64,000 nucleotides of DNA, taken from a virus (Duplodnaviria; Caudoviricetes). Below the pieces are notes generated by a model. The model was not told where the DNA came from, searched no databases, and was given only the letters and a program-made list of their open reading frames with translations. The DNA lies in the IMG/VR virus record IMGVR_UViG_3300024275_000002, positions 982 through 64,981 of that record. One strand, given 5' to 3'. Positions 18,448-27,086 of the stretch are shown piece by piece (positions within the stretch are counted from its first letter, which is position 1; every line of letters begins with the position of its first letter). A program made the position numbers and the translations under genes.

Positions 18448-18470
18448 AGAAAAGGGGGCAGTTTCCCTTA
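18448..18470 (-). terminator. Possible terminator ending the early array
   Basis: Minus strand AAGGG-AAACTGC-CCCCTTTT. Confidence 0.4.
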
Positions 18471-18830
18471 TTCCGCCGGGAATTGCACGGTCAGCATGGC
18501 TTCTTCGATGATCGCTTTCGGCGACATGGAAGTGCCGTTCTCGTCACAGCCGAGCCACAACCCCTTGCCCGCGACCACCATCCAGTCCTCGTTACCGAGT
18601 GGGCGCGTGAGTCGGAAGAACTTGCGGCCCTTCGCTTCCCAGTCGAGCAGCCCTTCCTCGTCGACGTACACGACGTCGCCATTGGACAGCGTGACCGCCT
18701 CGAACGTCTGCACCTCGTCGTCCGGCCGCGAGATCAGCGGGTAGATCTGCTGGTACTCGTCGGCGTCCAGCTGGACGGCCGAGATCGTGCGGGCGTACGG
18801 ATCGATAAGGTAGCCGGTTATGGTGCGCAT
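18468..18830 (-). CDS. DUF3846-like early protein
   Basis: YLIDP...VYVDEEGL...VAGKGL. Confidence 0.6.
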   Translation of the reverse strand: MRTITGYLIDPYARTISAVQLDADEYQQIYPLISRPDDEVQTFEAVTLSNGDVVYVDEEGLLDWEAKGRKFFRLTRPLGNEDWMVVAGKGLWLGCDENGTSMSPKAIIEEAMLTVQFPAE

Positions 18831-18833
18831 GAT

Positions 18834-19187
18834 TTACTCCGTGTCGAGGTTGACAAGCCAGCTGGCCGGGATCGGGTCGTCGCATTCCACCCACTCGCCG
18901 CAGACGTAGAACGTGAGATGCCCGAGCATGAAGGTATCGCCGACCCACGCCGGTACGGCGATTCGGTACGGCGTGCCCTTGATGGGCAGCAGCCTGCGCG
19001 GGTCGGTGTGCAGGTTCGTGCGCAGCACGGCAGCTGGCACCATGCGCTCGACAAACACATCGCCGGCATCGTTCGGCGCGCTGAGTGCAAAGATGGCCCG
19101 CTGCCGCTTGAACGAGATGAGCGTGGCCGGGCGTTCGGTAACGCGATAGGTAGACATGACGGTCTCCTGTTCATCCATGAACGCCAC
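18834..19187 (-). CDS. Hypothetical early protein
   Basis: ORF track; in operon. Confidence 0.55.
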   Translation of the reverse strand: MAFMDEQETVMSTYRVTERPATLISFKRQRAIFALSAPNDAGDVFVERMVPAAVLRTNLHTDPRRLLPIKGTPYRIAVPAWVGDTFMLGHLTFYVCGEWVECDDPIPASWLVNLDTE

Positions 19188-19189
19188 AT

Positions 19190-19441
19190 TTACCGGCTAT
19201 GCCGGCCGTAGAACGCGTCCATCTGCGCCTTCACCTCCCTCCCCACGGCGCGCCACGTTTCCATGTTGACGCCCGAGTTGGAGTTTGCAAACGCGCATTG
19301 CTCGTCAGTCATCGCGGCGCACTCGTCCGCGTAGCGGGCGATCGCCTCCATGATGAACGCCTGCGCGAGCGCGCCGTAGTTGCTGTAGTTCATCATCTTG
19401 CGGACCAGTTCTTCGTTCGTGTTCGGCTTTTGAATCGACAT
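19190..19441 (-). CDS. Hypothetical early protein
   Basis: TNEELVRKMMNYS.YGALAQAFIMEAI; leader motif at 19450-19462. Confidence 0.65.
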   Translation of the reverse strand: MSIQKPNTNEELVRKMMNYSNYGALAQAFIMEAIARYADECAAMTDEQCAFANSNSGVNMETWRAVGREVKAQMDAFYGRHSR

Positions 19442-19537
19442 GATGTTCACCTTCTATCAAGTAAAAAAGCAGGGCGTCGTGCTGACCGCCCCTTCCAAAC
19501 CTCGCACATCAAGGGGAACGAGTGCGAGGGGCCAACC

Positions 19538-19903
19538 TCATTCGCGCGGCAAGCGCAGCTCACGCAGCCACGTCGGCCCGAGCCGATTGCGGATCGCCTG
19601 CAGCGGGCCAGGATATTTCGCCACGAGCCAGCCCTTGTTCAGCTTCGACTTCCAGCAGCGGCCGTTCGCGCGGGCGAAGTCGAGGAGTGCCGCACACTCG
19701 TCCGGCTGCAGGTCCGCCAGCGACGCCCAGCGCGGCTTCTCGCCCACGCGGCCGGCGAAGCGCACCGCGATGATCGCGCTCTCCGGGCAGCGCTCCTCGC
19801 GCATGATGAACTGCTTCACGCCGGCCTCATCCGACCAGACGGTGTGAATGTGCGTGACGCCACGATCGTGCTTGACCGTGATGATGTAGTTGTTGAACTC
19901 CAT
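19538..19903 (-). CDS. Hypothetical early protein
   Basis: MEFNNYII. Confidence 0.55.
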   Translation of the reverse strand: MEFNNYIITVKHDRGVTHIHTVWSDEAGVKQFIMREERCPESAIIAVRFAGRVGEKPRWASLADLQPDECAALLDFARANGRCWKSKLNKGWLVAKYPGPLQAIRNRLGPTWLRELRLPRE

Positions 19904-19904
19904 C

Positions 19905-20129
19905 TCACACCTCGTCGAACTCGCGCACACGGCGCTTGGCCATGAAACGCGCGGATTTTTTCGAGTCGCACACCGGACGCAGGAACACCGCGTCGATGAT
20001 GTCCGACAGCTGGCACTTCGCAATGCCGACGACCACCCGCTTCGCCGCATCGCTGCTAACGGCCGCCGTGGTCACAAACTGAATGCCCGTGCTGCTACGC
20101 ACGCGCACCTTGTACAGGTTCGCCTGCAT
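19905..20129 (-). CDS. Hypothetical early protein
   Basis: Leader motif then MQANLYKV. Confidence 0.6.
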   Translation of the reverse strand: MQANLYKVRVRSSTGIQFVTTAAVSSDAAKRVVVGIAKCQLSDIIDAVFLRPVCDSKKSARFMAKRRVREFDEV

Positions 20130-20188
20130 CTCAATCTCCTTCAAGCAAGTAAGCGTGGTAGCGCCACGCACGCAAACTACTGTCCCGG

Positions 20189-20827
20189 TCACGCCTGATA
20201 CACGGTGTCGCCAGACACGTACAGGTAGCACTCGCCGGCTGCATGCGCCAGCTCGGTCAGCTTCTCGCCGAACTTGCCCAGCCCCCGATCCCAGTACCCC
20301 GCGCCGTGGTGGTTACGCGTGAGCCAGAAGTCATGCCCGGCCTGCGTGTACGAGTAGTCGTACTCCTCGAACACCACCTTCCAGATTCCCTCGGGCACCG
20401 AATCGATGAAGTCCTCGCAGTCCACGCGCATCTTCGCCTGCGTCACGGGATCGATCGGGAATCCCTCCATCCCGTCGTGCTCCTCGTCCGTGCTCGACCA
20501 CAACGCGCACGTCATGTAGCCCTGAACGAACTCCTCGACCCAGCGCTCGCGCGGCGTGGGCAGCACGCCTGCCTTCGGGTACTCCTCGTACACCATGTCG
20601 ATCGCCGCCTCGCGATCTGCTGCCCGCATGAAGAACTCGATACTGCCGTCCGGTGCGACGGCGCGCCACAGCGGATCACCGATCCCCCAGTACGCACCAC
20701 CCTCGTCGTACCCCTGATCGAGCGGGCACACGTGCACGTACAGCTCAACCTTCGCTTCGTGGTCGCCGTGCGTGTTGTGCCGGCCCATCGGCGCGCCGCG
20801 CGCGCAGCTCACCTCACTGAGTCTCAT
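20189..20827 (-). CDS. Acidic early protein
   Basis: GAPMGR...GYDEGGAYWG...AGHDFWLTRNHHGAGYWDRG. Confidence 0.75.
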   Translation of the reverse strand: MRLSEVSCARGAPMGRHNTHGDHEAKVELYVHVCPLDQGYDEGGAYWGIGDPLWRAVAPDGSIEFFMRAADREAAIDMVYEEYPKAGVLPTPRERWVEEFVQGYMTCALWSSTDEEHDGMEGFPIDPVTQAKMRVDCEDFIDSVPEGIWKVVFEEYDYSYTQAGHDFWLTRNHHGAGYWDRGLGKFGEKLTELAHAAGECYLYVSGDTVYQA

Positions 20828-20831
20828 GATC

Positions 20832-21101
20832 TCAGTCCTCCGGGTACGGGTCGCGCTTGCCTGCCAGCACTTCAGCGAGGTAGCGCGAGCGCGCGACGTA
20901 GTGATCCTTGATCGACTCGGGCGACACGTCCGGCCCGATGCCGTCCAGCAGCTCGGAGATCTCGGTGCCGATCATGGCTGCGTTCTCGACGACGTACAGT
21001 GCACGTGCGATCGGCGCATACTCGGGCGCGCTCGGCTCGTAGCACGCCAGCTTGTCGCGCAGCTTGGCCGCGAGATCCTTCAGTTCGCTGTTGGTATCCA
21101 T
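20832..21101 (-). CDS. Hypothetical early protein
   Basis: RBS GGGAG. Confidence 0.6.
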   Translation of the reverse strand: MDTNSELKDLAAKLRDKLACYEPSAPEYAPIARALYVVENAAMIGTEISELLDGIGPDVSPESIKDHYVARSRYLAEVLAGKRDPYPED

Positions 21102-21102
21102 G

Positions 21103-21825
21103 TCAGTCTCCCAGCGTCATCACGTCACGCGCTGCCCAGTACGCATCTTCCTCGGCCTCGATGCGCTCCTGCTCGGCCTCGTGCTCCAGCACACGTATGC
21201 ACTCGTCGATCAGCTCGTGCGCCGTCTCCTCGATATAGTCGTCGGCGTCGCTCTCGATGCCCCACAACGCGAAGCGATAGTCGATCTCGACTTCATCGTC
21301 GTCCATGTTGTCCGGCAGGTGCGTGACGATCACACCCACGTAGCGCCAGTCGTCGTTACACCACCCACGCAGGAACTCGTAGTCGAGCCGCACTGCCTCG
21401 GCCGTGATCTCGCCCGGCGTGAGCGGCTTGTTCGGGTCGCGCCCGGGCACATCGCGCACTTCGGTCTGCACGCGATACACCTTCTCCAAGCCGCCGAACT
21501 TCGTGTCGACCACAGGCTCGCCGATACGCACACGCACCTTGCGCGTCTGAGCCAGTCGCTTCACCAGCTCGGCCTTCGCCTCGGGGCCAAGCCCCCAGCA
21601 GTCACGCTTGGCGATCCGCGTTGCCTCGGCCACGTCGTAGTAACGCTTTCTACCGTGGTCGGTATTCAACACACGCTCGCCGGGCAGCTTGTCACGGCTC
21701 GTCCAGTCGCTCACCGGGCCATGCCCGTCGTCGCGCTCCCACGGCGCTTCGCCGCTGTCATCGTCCTCGATGTTCACGCGAAAGCGATACCCACCCTTCT
21801 CAATCACATCACCGTCGTCCAACAT
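21103..21825 (-). CDS. Acidic early protein
   Basis: PWERDDGHG...WRYVGVIV...ALWGIES; Glu-rich C-terminus. Confidence 0.75.
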   Translation of the reverse strand: MLDDGDVIEKGGYRFRVNIEDDDSGEAPWERDDGHGPVSDWTSRDKLPGERVLNTDHGRKRYYDVAEATRIAKRDCWGLGPEAKAELVKRLAQTRKVRVRIGEPVVDTKFGGLEKVYRVQTEVRDVPGRDPNKPLTPGEITAEAVRLDYEFLRGWCNDDWRYVGVIVTHLPDNMDDDEVEIDYRFALWGIESDADDYIEETAHELIDECIRVLEHEAEQERIEAEEDAYWAARDVMTLGD

Positions 21826-21908
21826 GGTCGTTCTCCTCGCGCGATCGCTCGCGCTTCGCCTTCAAGCAAGTAAGCGGACATGCCGAGCCCGCATCGGTTT
21901 GCCCGCGC

Positions 21909-22520
21909 TTAGTCGGACAGCAGTTCCTTCGCAATGTCCTGGATCACCCAGTCCATGTAGATCATCTGGCCCGTGGTCGTGCGCCCCCACACGGTGAGCC
22001 CGGCGAAGTCGGTGTCGACCATCTCGCCACGCTCGGCCAGCTTGCCGGCGAGCCAGTCGCTCACGGCCCAGTGCTCGTACGCTTCGATCCTGTCAGGCTC
22101 GATCCGATTGCGATCGCACGCACTGCGCCACGCATCGTCCTCGTCGCTGTCGGTGTCGCCGTCCCAGTGCTCGTCGAGGTACGCCTCGACCGCAGCCTTG
22201 TCTTTGACGTCGGGCTCGGGCAGCTCGTTCTCGTCGGCGTGGTCCTTGATGTCGTTCTTGGTCAGCGCCACGTAGTCGCCGTTGACCTCGTACATCTCGA
22301 ACCCTTCCGCTTCGGCCGCACCCTGCCAATCGTCCTTCACGCTGATCGCCATGATCTGCTCGTCGTCGATGCCAAGGTCCGCCAGCTGATCCGAGTTCAG
22401 ATCGGGCACGATCTTCTGCAGGCCCGAGACCAGCATCGAGACGCAGTAACGCACCTCGTCCTGCACCAGCTTGCTCGCGCGTTCGCTGACTTGCTCGATG
22501 CTCAGTTCTTTCTTTTCCAT
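21909..22520 (-). CDS. Highly acidic early protein
   Basis: EAYEHWAVSDWLA..L...GE...WGRTTTGQ; leader motif. Confidence 0.75.
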   Translation of the reverse strand: MEKKELSIEQVSERASKLVQDEVRYCVSMLVSGLQKIVPDLNSDQLADLGIDDEQIMAISVKDDWQGAAEAEGFEMYEVNGDYVALTKNDIKDHADENELPEPDVKDKAAVEAYLDEHWDGDTDSDEDDAWRSACDRNRIEPDRIEAYEHWAVSDWLAGKLAERGEMVDTDFAGLTVWGRTTTGQMIYMDWVIQDIAKELLSD

Positions 22521-22551
22521 GATGTTTCTCCTTCAAATAAGTGGCTACGGT

Positions 22552-22779
22552 TTACATCTCGACCATAGCTGCGCGAATGGTCGTCTTGGTGTACGGCGCA
22601 CCGTCCGGCGTCTGAGTGATCTCCATCTCTGCAAGCGCGTCGAGCATCACCTCGGCCGCGCGATCCTTGCTTCGCGAGTTCCGCACGCAGCTACGCGCCA
22701 AGTTGTACAGCCCCTCGTCATTGTTGATCCAGAGGCTGACGTTCCAGTGGTTCCAATTCTTGTGTCCGTTGTATGTCAT
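22552..22779 (-). CDS. Small early protein
   Basis: YNGHKNWNHWNVSLWINNDEGLY; leader motif. Confidence 0.75.
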   Translation of the reverse strand: MTYNGHKNWNHWNVSLWINNDEGLYNLARSCVRNSRSKDRAAEVMLDALAEMEITQTPDGAPYTKTTIRAAMVEM

Positions 22780-22842
22780 GATCCTGCTCCTTCAAACAAG
22801 TGGTGGGCAAACCGATATTGTCTCAGCTTGTCCGGGTCAAAC

Positions 22843-23319
22843 TTACTGCAGCGCGTCGGGCAGTGCGATCTCCGCGCCCACGACCGACGCCACGTAGCAC
22901 CGCATCGCTGCAATCAGCAGCGTCGGCCCCTCGAAACGCTGGCGACGCTTGCGTACAGCCCACGAGTCCACGCCGTATCGCATGCCGCCACGCGCCGTCA
23001 TCTCGTCCCAGCGCGCGATCGTGCCGTCGCCGAGATCATCGCTGGTGATCGCATACCACTTGCCCGTCACCTTGTGGCGACGCGTTGCGATGCCACCCAT
23101 GGCCACGATCCGGCCGCCCTCGTGCCAGTCGGTCGACGGGCTGAAGCGGTAGTAGACATACGACCCCGGCTCGATCTCGCACTCGATCCATGCGGGCGTC
23201 GTCTGTTCTTTGCGGCAGATCTTCACGACCCGATACTCGTGGAGCTGGAGTTCGAGCGCAGCGGCCACGGCCCAGTCGAGCGCAGCCCCTTCGAGCTTGC
23301 TCACGTCAGCGAGTGCCAT
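22843..23319 (-). CDS. NinX/DUF2591-family protein
   Basis: LEGAALDWAVA...SPSTDW..GG.I...GPTLLIAAMRCYVAS. Confidence 0.75.
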   Translation of the reverse strand: MALADVSKLEGAALDWAVAAALELQLHEYRVVKICRKEQTTPAWIECEIEPGSYVYYRFSPSTDWHEGGRIVAMGGIATRRHKVTGKWYAITSDDLGDGTIARWDEMTARGGMRYGVDSWAVRKRRQRFEGPTLLIAAMRCYVASVVGAEIALPDALQ

Positions 23320-23542
23320 GATCCTTCCCCTCGAACAGGCGCAGTGCAGCCTCGTGCGCTTCATTGTTGATCTGGTCCATGCGCTCCGCGATCATGATCG
23401 TATCGAACAGATCGTAGAAGCGGCGCACGCCCACCGGGTCGAGCCCGTGCGGAGCACACAAGATGCCCTTGAGCATCATGAACTCGTCTTTATTGCCCTT
23501 GAAGTTGGCGAGCAACAGCTTGGTGCGGTCGATCTTGTTCAT
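23306..23542 (-). CDS. Hypothetical early protein
   Basis: RBS GGGAGG; MNKIDR. Confidence 0.55.
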   Translation of the reverse strand: MNKIDRTKLLLANFKGNKDEFMMLKGILCAPHGLDPVGVRRFYDLFDTIMIAERMDQINNEAHEAALRLFEGKDHGTR

Positions 23543-24006
23543 TCCGACCTCCCGGTGAACTGGTGCACGTTGCGCGAACCCACGTGGGGCTGGAGCTTGA
23601 AGTTGCGGCGGATGCGCCAGCCCGCCGTCGTGTTCGGTGCCTCGTACACGAACTTCTCGTACTGCCCCAGCAGCTCGGCACTGAAGATGCCGATCAATGC
23701 CCCGCCCGGTGTCATGATGGTAGCGAGGCAATTCATGCGCATGAGCGCGAACTCGGCGATCTGCTGCAAGCTGTCCCGAGGCAGCATGACGCTGCCCACA
23801 GCCGGCAGGTTGTCGACCTGACTGTTCCAGTTGTCGGCGAACGCACAGTCGACCGGCAGACCCAGCCAATCGCGTATCAGCTCGCGGCCGTGCTCGTTCA
23901 GGTCGCACAACAGGCGCATGCCGAACGCGCAGCTCTCGCCGGTCAACACGTTGATGCCCAGCTGCGGCATGTCGTTCCAGCTGTTGATCGTGATGCTGTC
24001 TTTCAT
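23539..24006 (-). CDS. Hypothetical early protein
   Basis: Leader motif; GINVLTGESCA..MRLLCDL. Confidence 0.7.
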   Translation of the reverse strand: MKDSITINSWNDMPQLGINVLTGESCAFGMRLLCDLNEHGRELIRDWLGLPVDCAFADNWNSQVDNLPAVGSVMLPRDSLQQIAEFALMRMNCLATIMTPGGALIGIFSAELLGQYEKFVYEAPNTTAGWRIRRNFKLQPHVGSRNVHQFTGRSE

Positions 24007-24038
24007 GATGTTTCTCCTTCGCCTTCTAACAAGTTGAA

Positions 24039-24392
24039 TTACATGCCGCGACAGAATGCCTGATGCGCTTCCCAGTCGATCGTCTCGTGGTCGATCCCGG
24101 GGATGAACTTCGCCTTCTCGGGCTCCGGCTCGGGCGACATGATGTCATCGCCTTCCACCTTGTCCCAGCCCACGTATCCCACGAACGCCGGGCTCACGGC
24201 TGCCTTTTGCAAGACCTCCATGAAGCGTGAAGATGACTTGGTGTACCGGTCGCACCCGTTCGTGTCGCGATAATGCACCTCGCCCGGCACGATCTTCGTG
24301 ACGATGCCCGTGTACAGATTCGTGGTGTACTTGATGCGCACCACATCGCCCACGTCGATCGTGACGCCGTTCACATCGACTGCCTTGACCAT
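24039..24392 (-). CDS. Hypothetical early protein (SH3/KOW-like N-terminus)
   Basis: DVNGVTIDVGDVV. Confidence 0.55.
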   Translation of the reverse strand: MVKAVDVNGVTIDVGDVVRIKYTTNLYTGIVTKIVPGEVHYRDTNGCDRYTKSSSRFMEVLQKAAVSPAFVGYVGWDKVEGDDIMSPEPEPEKAKFIPGIDHETIDWEAHQAFCRGM

Positions 24393-24406
24393 GATCGCTC
24401 TCCACG

Positions 24407-24589
24407 TCAGCCCACCATGTTGACCGAACGCACGACATAGCCGGCCTGCTCGGCGATGCGCGCTGCCTGATCGCGGTTGTTCGCGTCGACCTGCACGCGT
24501 GGCGTCACGCCGTCCTTCGGCTCGACTTCCAGCTCGTACAGGTGCGCGGCCGGCCGCTCGCCGAGCCGTATCTTCACTGCGTTTTCCAT
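24407..24589 (-). CDS. Small early protein
   Basis: Leader motif; VQVDANNRDQAARIAEQAGY. Confidence 0.65.
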   Translation of the reverse strand: MENAVKIRLGERPAAHLYELEVEPKDGVTPRVQVDANNRDQAARIAEQAGYVVRSVNMVG

Positions 24590-24683
24590 GATGCCTCACC
24601 CTCTAGCAAGTTAAGCGGACGTGTACCGGGGACGTATGTTCGCCCCGGACAAACCGAGCCCGCAATCGGTTTGTCAGGCAAGA

Positions 24684-24974
24684 TCAAGTGGACTCGACCA
24701 GCCCGTACTTCGCTGCCAGCTGACACGCCTTCGAATACGACTCGGCGTACTTACCCCCGTCGAGCGTGCTGAACGACACGCCCGATTTGAGTCCATGAAA
24801 CACGTCACCATCGTCGCCGAACGCGCACGTCGGCCACGCCTTGACCAGGATCACGATGGTGTGCTCGTCGTTACACACGATCACGTCACCATCCTTCACG
24901 CTGTCATCCCACTGCGTGCGATCGTATGCCTCGCCGTGATACAGGTGCGGCCACTTGTGTACGTTGACCATCAC
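24684..24974 (-). CDS. Small early protein
   Basis: EAYDRTQWDDSVKDGDV...AWP. Confidence 0.65.
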   Translation of the reverse strand: MMVNVHKWPHLYHGEAYDRTQWDDSVKDGDVIVCNDEHTIVILVKAWPTCAFGDDGDVFHGLKSGVSFSTLDGGKYAESYSKACQLAAKYGLVEST

Positions 24975-25219
24975 TCGCTCTCCTTGAAATAGAACGACTG
25001 GCCCGACCAGATAATGACGGCGTTCTCCGGGTCTTGCCGAAACTCCACGCGAATGTCGCCGCAGCAGTTCGGGATATAGCCGTCCGATTCGTCGATCTGC
25101 ATGTCGATCGACGCGGCATACTCGTCCGCGAACTTGCGCTCGTCCATCAGCTCCTCGTCGCCCAGCGCGCGCTGATACACCACCTCGCCGGACGACGGCT
25201 CATAGATCACGACGTACAT
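24971..25219 (-). CDS. Small acidic early protein
   Basis: RBS AGGAG. Confidence 0.6.
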   Translation of the reverse strand: MYVVIYEPSSGEVVYQRALGDEELMDERKFADEYAASIDMQIDESDGYIPNCCGDIRVEFRQDPENAVIIWSGQSFYFKESE

Positions 25220-25228
25220 GATCGTCTC

Positions 25229-25561
25229 CTACAGGCAGTCACGCAGCGTCATGCGCTCGACGCGAAACAGATACGCTTCGCCCGGTTGCGCGAACGACGT
25301 CGTGGTGCCCGGCCCGAGCAACGCCCGCACCATGCCACGCGGCACCACCATGTCGCCCGTGTGCCGGAACGAATCGATCAGCGAGTCGGCCGCGTCGCGC
25401 TTCGTCTCGTACAGCCCGAAGCTATCGTCAAGACAGCCCGGAATGCCGTTACTTGCGCGCCAGACGGTGCGGTTCAGTGCACGCTCCTGCACCTCGTCGC
25501 GCTTGAGCGGCCGGTCATCGGCGATACGCTCCATTGCCTCGTCAAACGTGAGCTTTTTCAT
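25229..25561 (-). CDS. Small early protein
   Basis: Leader motif; GCLDDS. Confidence 0.65.
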   Translation of the reverse strand: MKKLTFDEAMERIADDRPLKRDEVQERALNRTVWRASNGIPGCLDDSFGLYETKRDAADSLIDSFRHTGDMVVPRGMVRALLGPGTTTSFAQPGEAYLFRVERMTLRDCL

Positions 25562-25638
25562 GTCAAATCTCCTCGCGATTGCTCGCGCTTACGCCTTCAA
25601 TTAAGTGGCGGACAAACACATATCCGCATCGGTTTGTC

Positions 25639-25821
25639 TCAGTCGGTTTCCCAGCACGCGAACCGAACCTCGTAGTGGCCGGCATTGTAGGCGGCCTGAA
25701 TGGCAACCTGCGCCCGCGAGCGCTCTTGTATCGTGCGGAACTCCAGCAGCTGCGACGTGATCGAAACCACGGGCACCTCGCCGTCATCCCACGTGCTGAT
25801 GGTCACAAGCATCTGGTACAT
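25639..25821 (-). CDS. Small early protein
   Basis: RBS GGAGG; coupled. Confidence 0.5.
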   Translation of the reverse strand: MYQMLVTISTWDDGEVPVVSITSQLLEFRTIQERSRAQVAIQAAYNAGHYEVRFACWETD

Positions 25822-26015
25822 CACGGCCTCCGATCCTTGCGGTCGGTCGCGAACCACGGCCGTGCCTCGTTGCGCATGCGTTCACGCAGGTGGAAGAACA
25901 GGCCCGTGCGGGCCTCGCCTTCCTCGGGTGCGTTCTCGATGAACCACCACAGCGCATGCTCGATCACGAGCGTGTCCGTGTATTCGATCATCGCTTTGAG
26001 CGACATTGGTTTCAT
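25821..26015 (-). CDS. Small early protein
   Basis: ATGA overlap; HALWWFIEN. Confidence 0.55.
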   Translation of the reverse strand: MKPMSLKAMIEYTDTLVIEHALWWFIENAPEEGEARTGLFFHLRERMRNEARPWFATDRKDRRP

Positions 26016-26344
26016 GATGCACCTCGCGCAATCATCTTCCGGGCGAACTCGACCAGCTTCGCGCGGCAATCTTCCAGCGGCGGCGGTGCGCCATGCTGTC
26101 GGAAGTGCGCAGCCATCCATGCGCCGCACTCCTCGTCGACCTCATACGCCCACACGCCCGGCACGCCACACGCGGGGTCTTTCAGCTCGTCAAACACGGC
26201 GGCCGACAGCTCGCCGACCTGCGCGAAGTAGTCGTACAGCTCGACCATGCCGCCGCTCCAGTTGGCCAGATCGGGTATCTCGCCGAACCCTTGCGCGATC
26301 GCCACAGCGGACACAGCCACTTCCCGAATGTCAGGATGGTGCAT
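26012..26344 (-). CDS. Small early protein
   Basis: RBS GGAG; GVWAYEVDE. Confidence 0.6.
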   Translation of the reverse strand: MHHPDIREVAVSAVAIAQGFGEIPDLANWSGGMVELYDYFAQVGELSAAVFDELKDPACGVPGVWAYEVDEECGAWMAAHFRQHGAPPPLEDCRAKLVEFARKMIARGAS

Positions 26345-26474
26345 GGCCTTTCTCCAGTGCGCTGCAGATCGTGCTCAGCGTGTTGGCAATGCCTTCGGTC
26401 ACAGCCGGCAGCGCGACGAACAGCACCAGCGCCATGCCCACCGCGAGGAACGCGTACGGAATCAGGTTTCGCAT
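26331..26474 (-). CDS. Small membrane protein (47 aa)
   Basis: Manual translation MRNLIPYAFLAVGMALVLFVALPAV; RBS GGAG. Confidence 0.5.
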   Translation of the reverse strand: MRNLIPYAFLAVGMALVLFVALPAVTEGIANTLSTICSALEKGHAPS

Positions 26475-26477
26475 GGC

Positions 26478-26777
26478 TCACTCCGCTTCGTTGTCGCGTG
26501 CTAGGCAGTGATCCAGATACGCGCCGTTGATTGCCCGGGCGATCTGCGCCCGCGTCGCGCCCGCCATCACGCGTGCTTCGAACAGGTAGATCGTGGCGTC
26601 GCCGTACTTCTGGTCGCGTTGCCACAGCACCCCTGCTGCCGCTACCGCGATCTCGCTGCGCTGCCACTCGAACCCGGACACGTGGCGTCCGACGAACGCC
26701 ACCACGTACACCTGCGCATGCAGCTTGCCGCCCGCTACGTCCAGCGGCGGCAGGTGCACAACTTCTCGCTCTTTCAT
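26478..26777 (-). CDS. Small early protein
   Basis: Leader motif. Confidence 0.6.
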   Translation of the reverse strand: MKEREVVHLPPLDVAGGKLHAQVYVVAFVGRHVSGFEWQRSEIAVAAAGVLWQRDQKYGDATIYLFEARVMAGATRAQIARAINGAYLDHCLARDNEAE

Positions 26778-26837
26778 GGTCCTTCTCCTTCTAGCCAGTT
26801 AGGCGGACAAACACAGCTCCGCATCGGTATGTCCGGG

Positions 26838-27086
26838 TCAGTACGCCTCGACCGTGCAGTTCTCGATCTGCATGCCGTTCGGCGACACGCCCGGATCGAT
26901 CAGCATCTGCACGCATGCTGCCACATCGATCGATCCACCCGGCTTCAGCAGCTCGCGCGCTTCCGCCTTCGGCATGCCCCGGCAGAACTCCTCGTCGCGC
27001 ATCGCCACGGCCATCGCTGCCTTGTACAGCGCGCGCTTGTCGTGCACCGTCACATCGAACATGACGTTGAATGCTTTCGTTTTCAT
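26838..27086 (-). CDS. Small early protein
   Basis: Leader motif then MKTKAFNV. Confidence 0.65.
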   Translation of the reverse strand: MKTKAFNVMFDVTVHDKRALYKAAMAVAMRDEEFCRGMPKAEARELLKPGGSIDVAACVQMLIDPGVSPNGMQIENCTVEAY

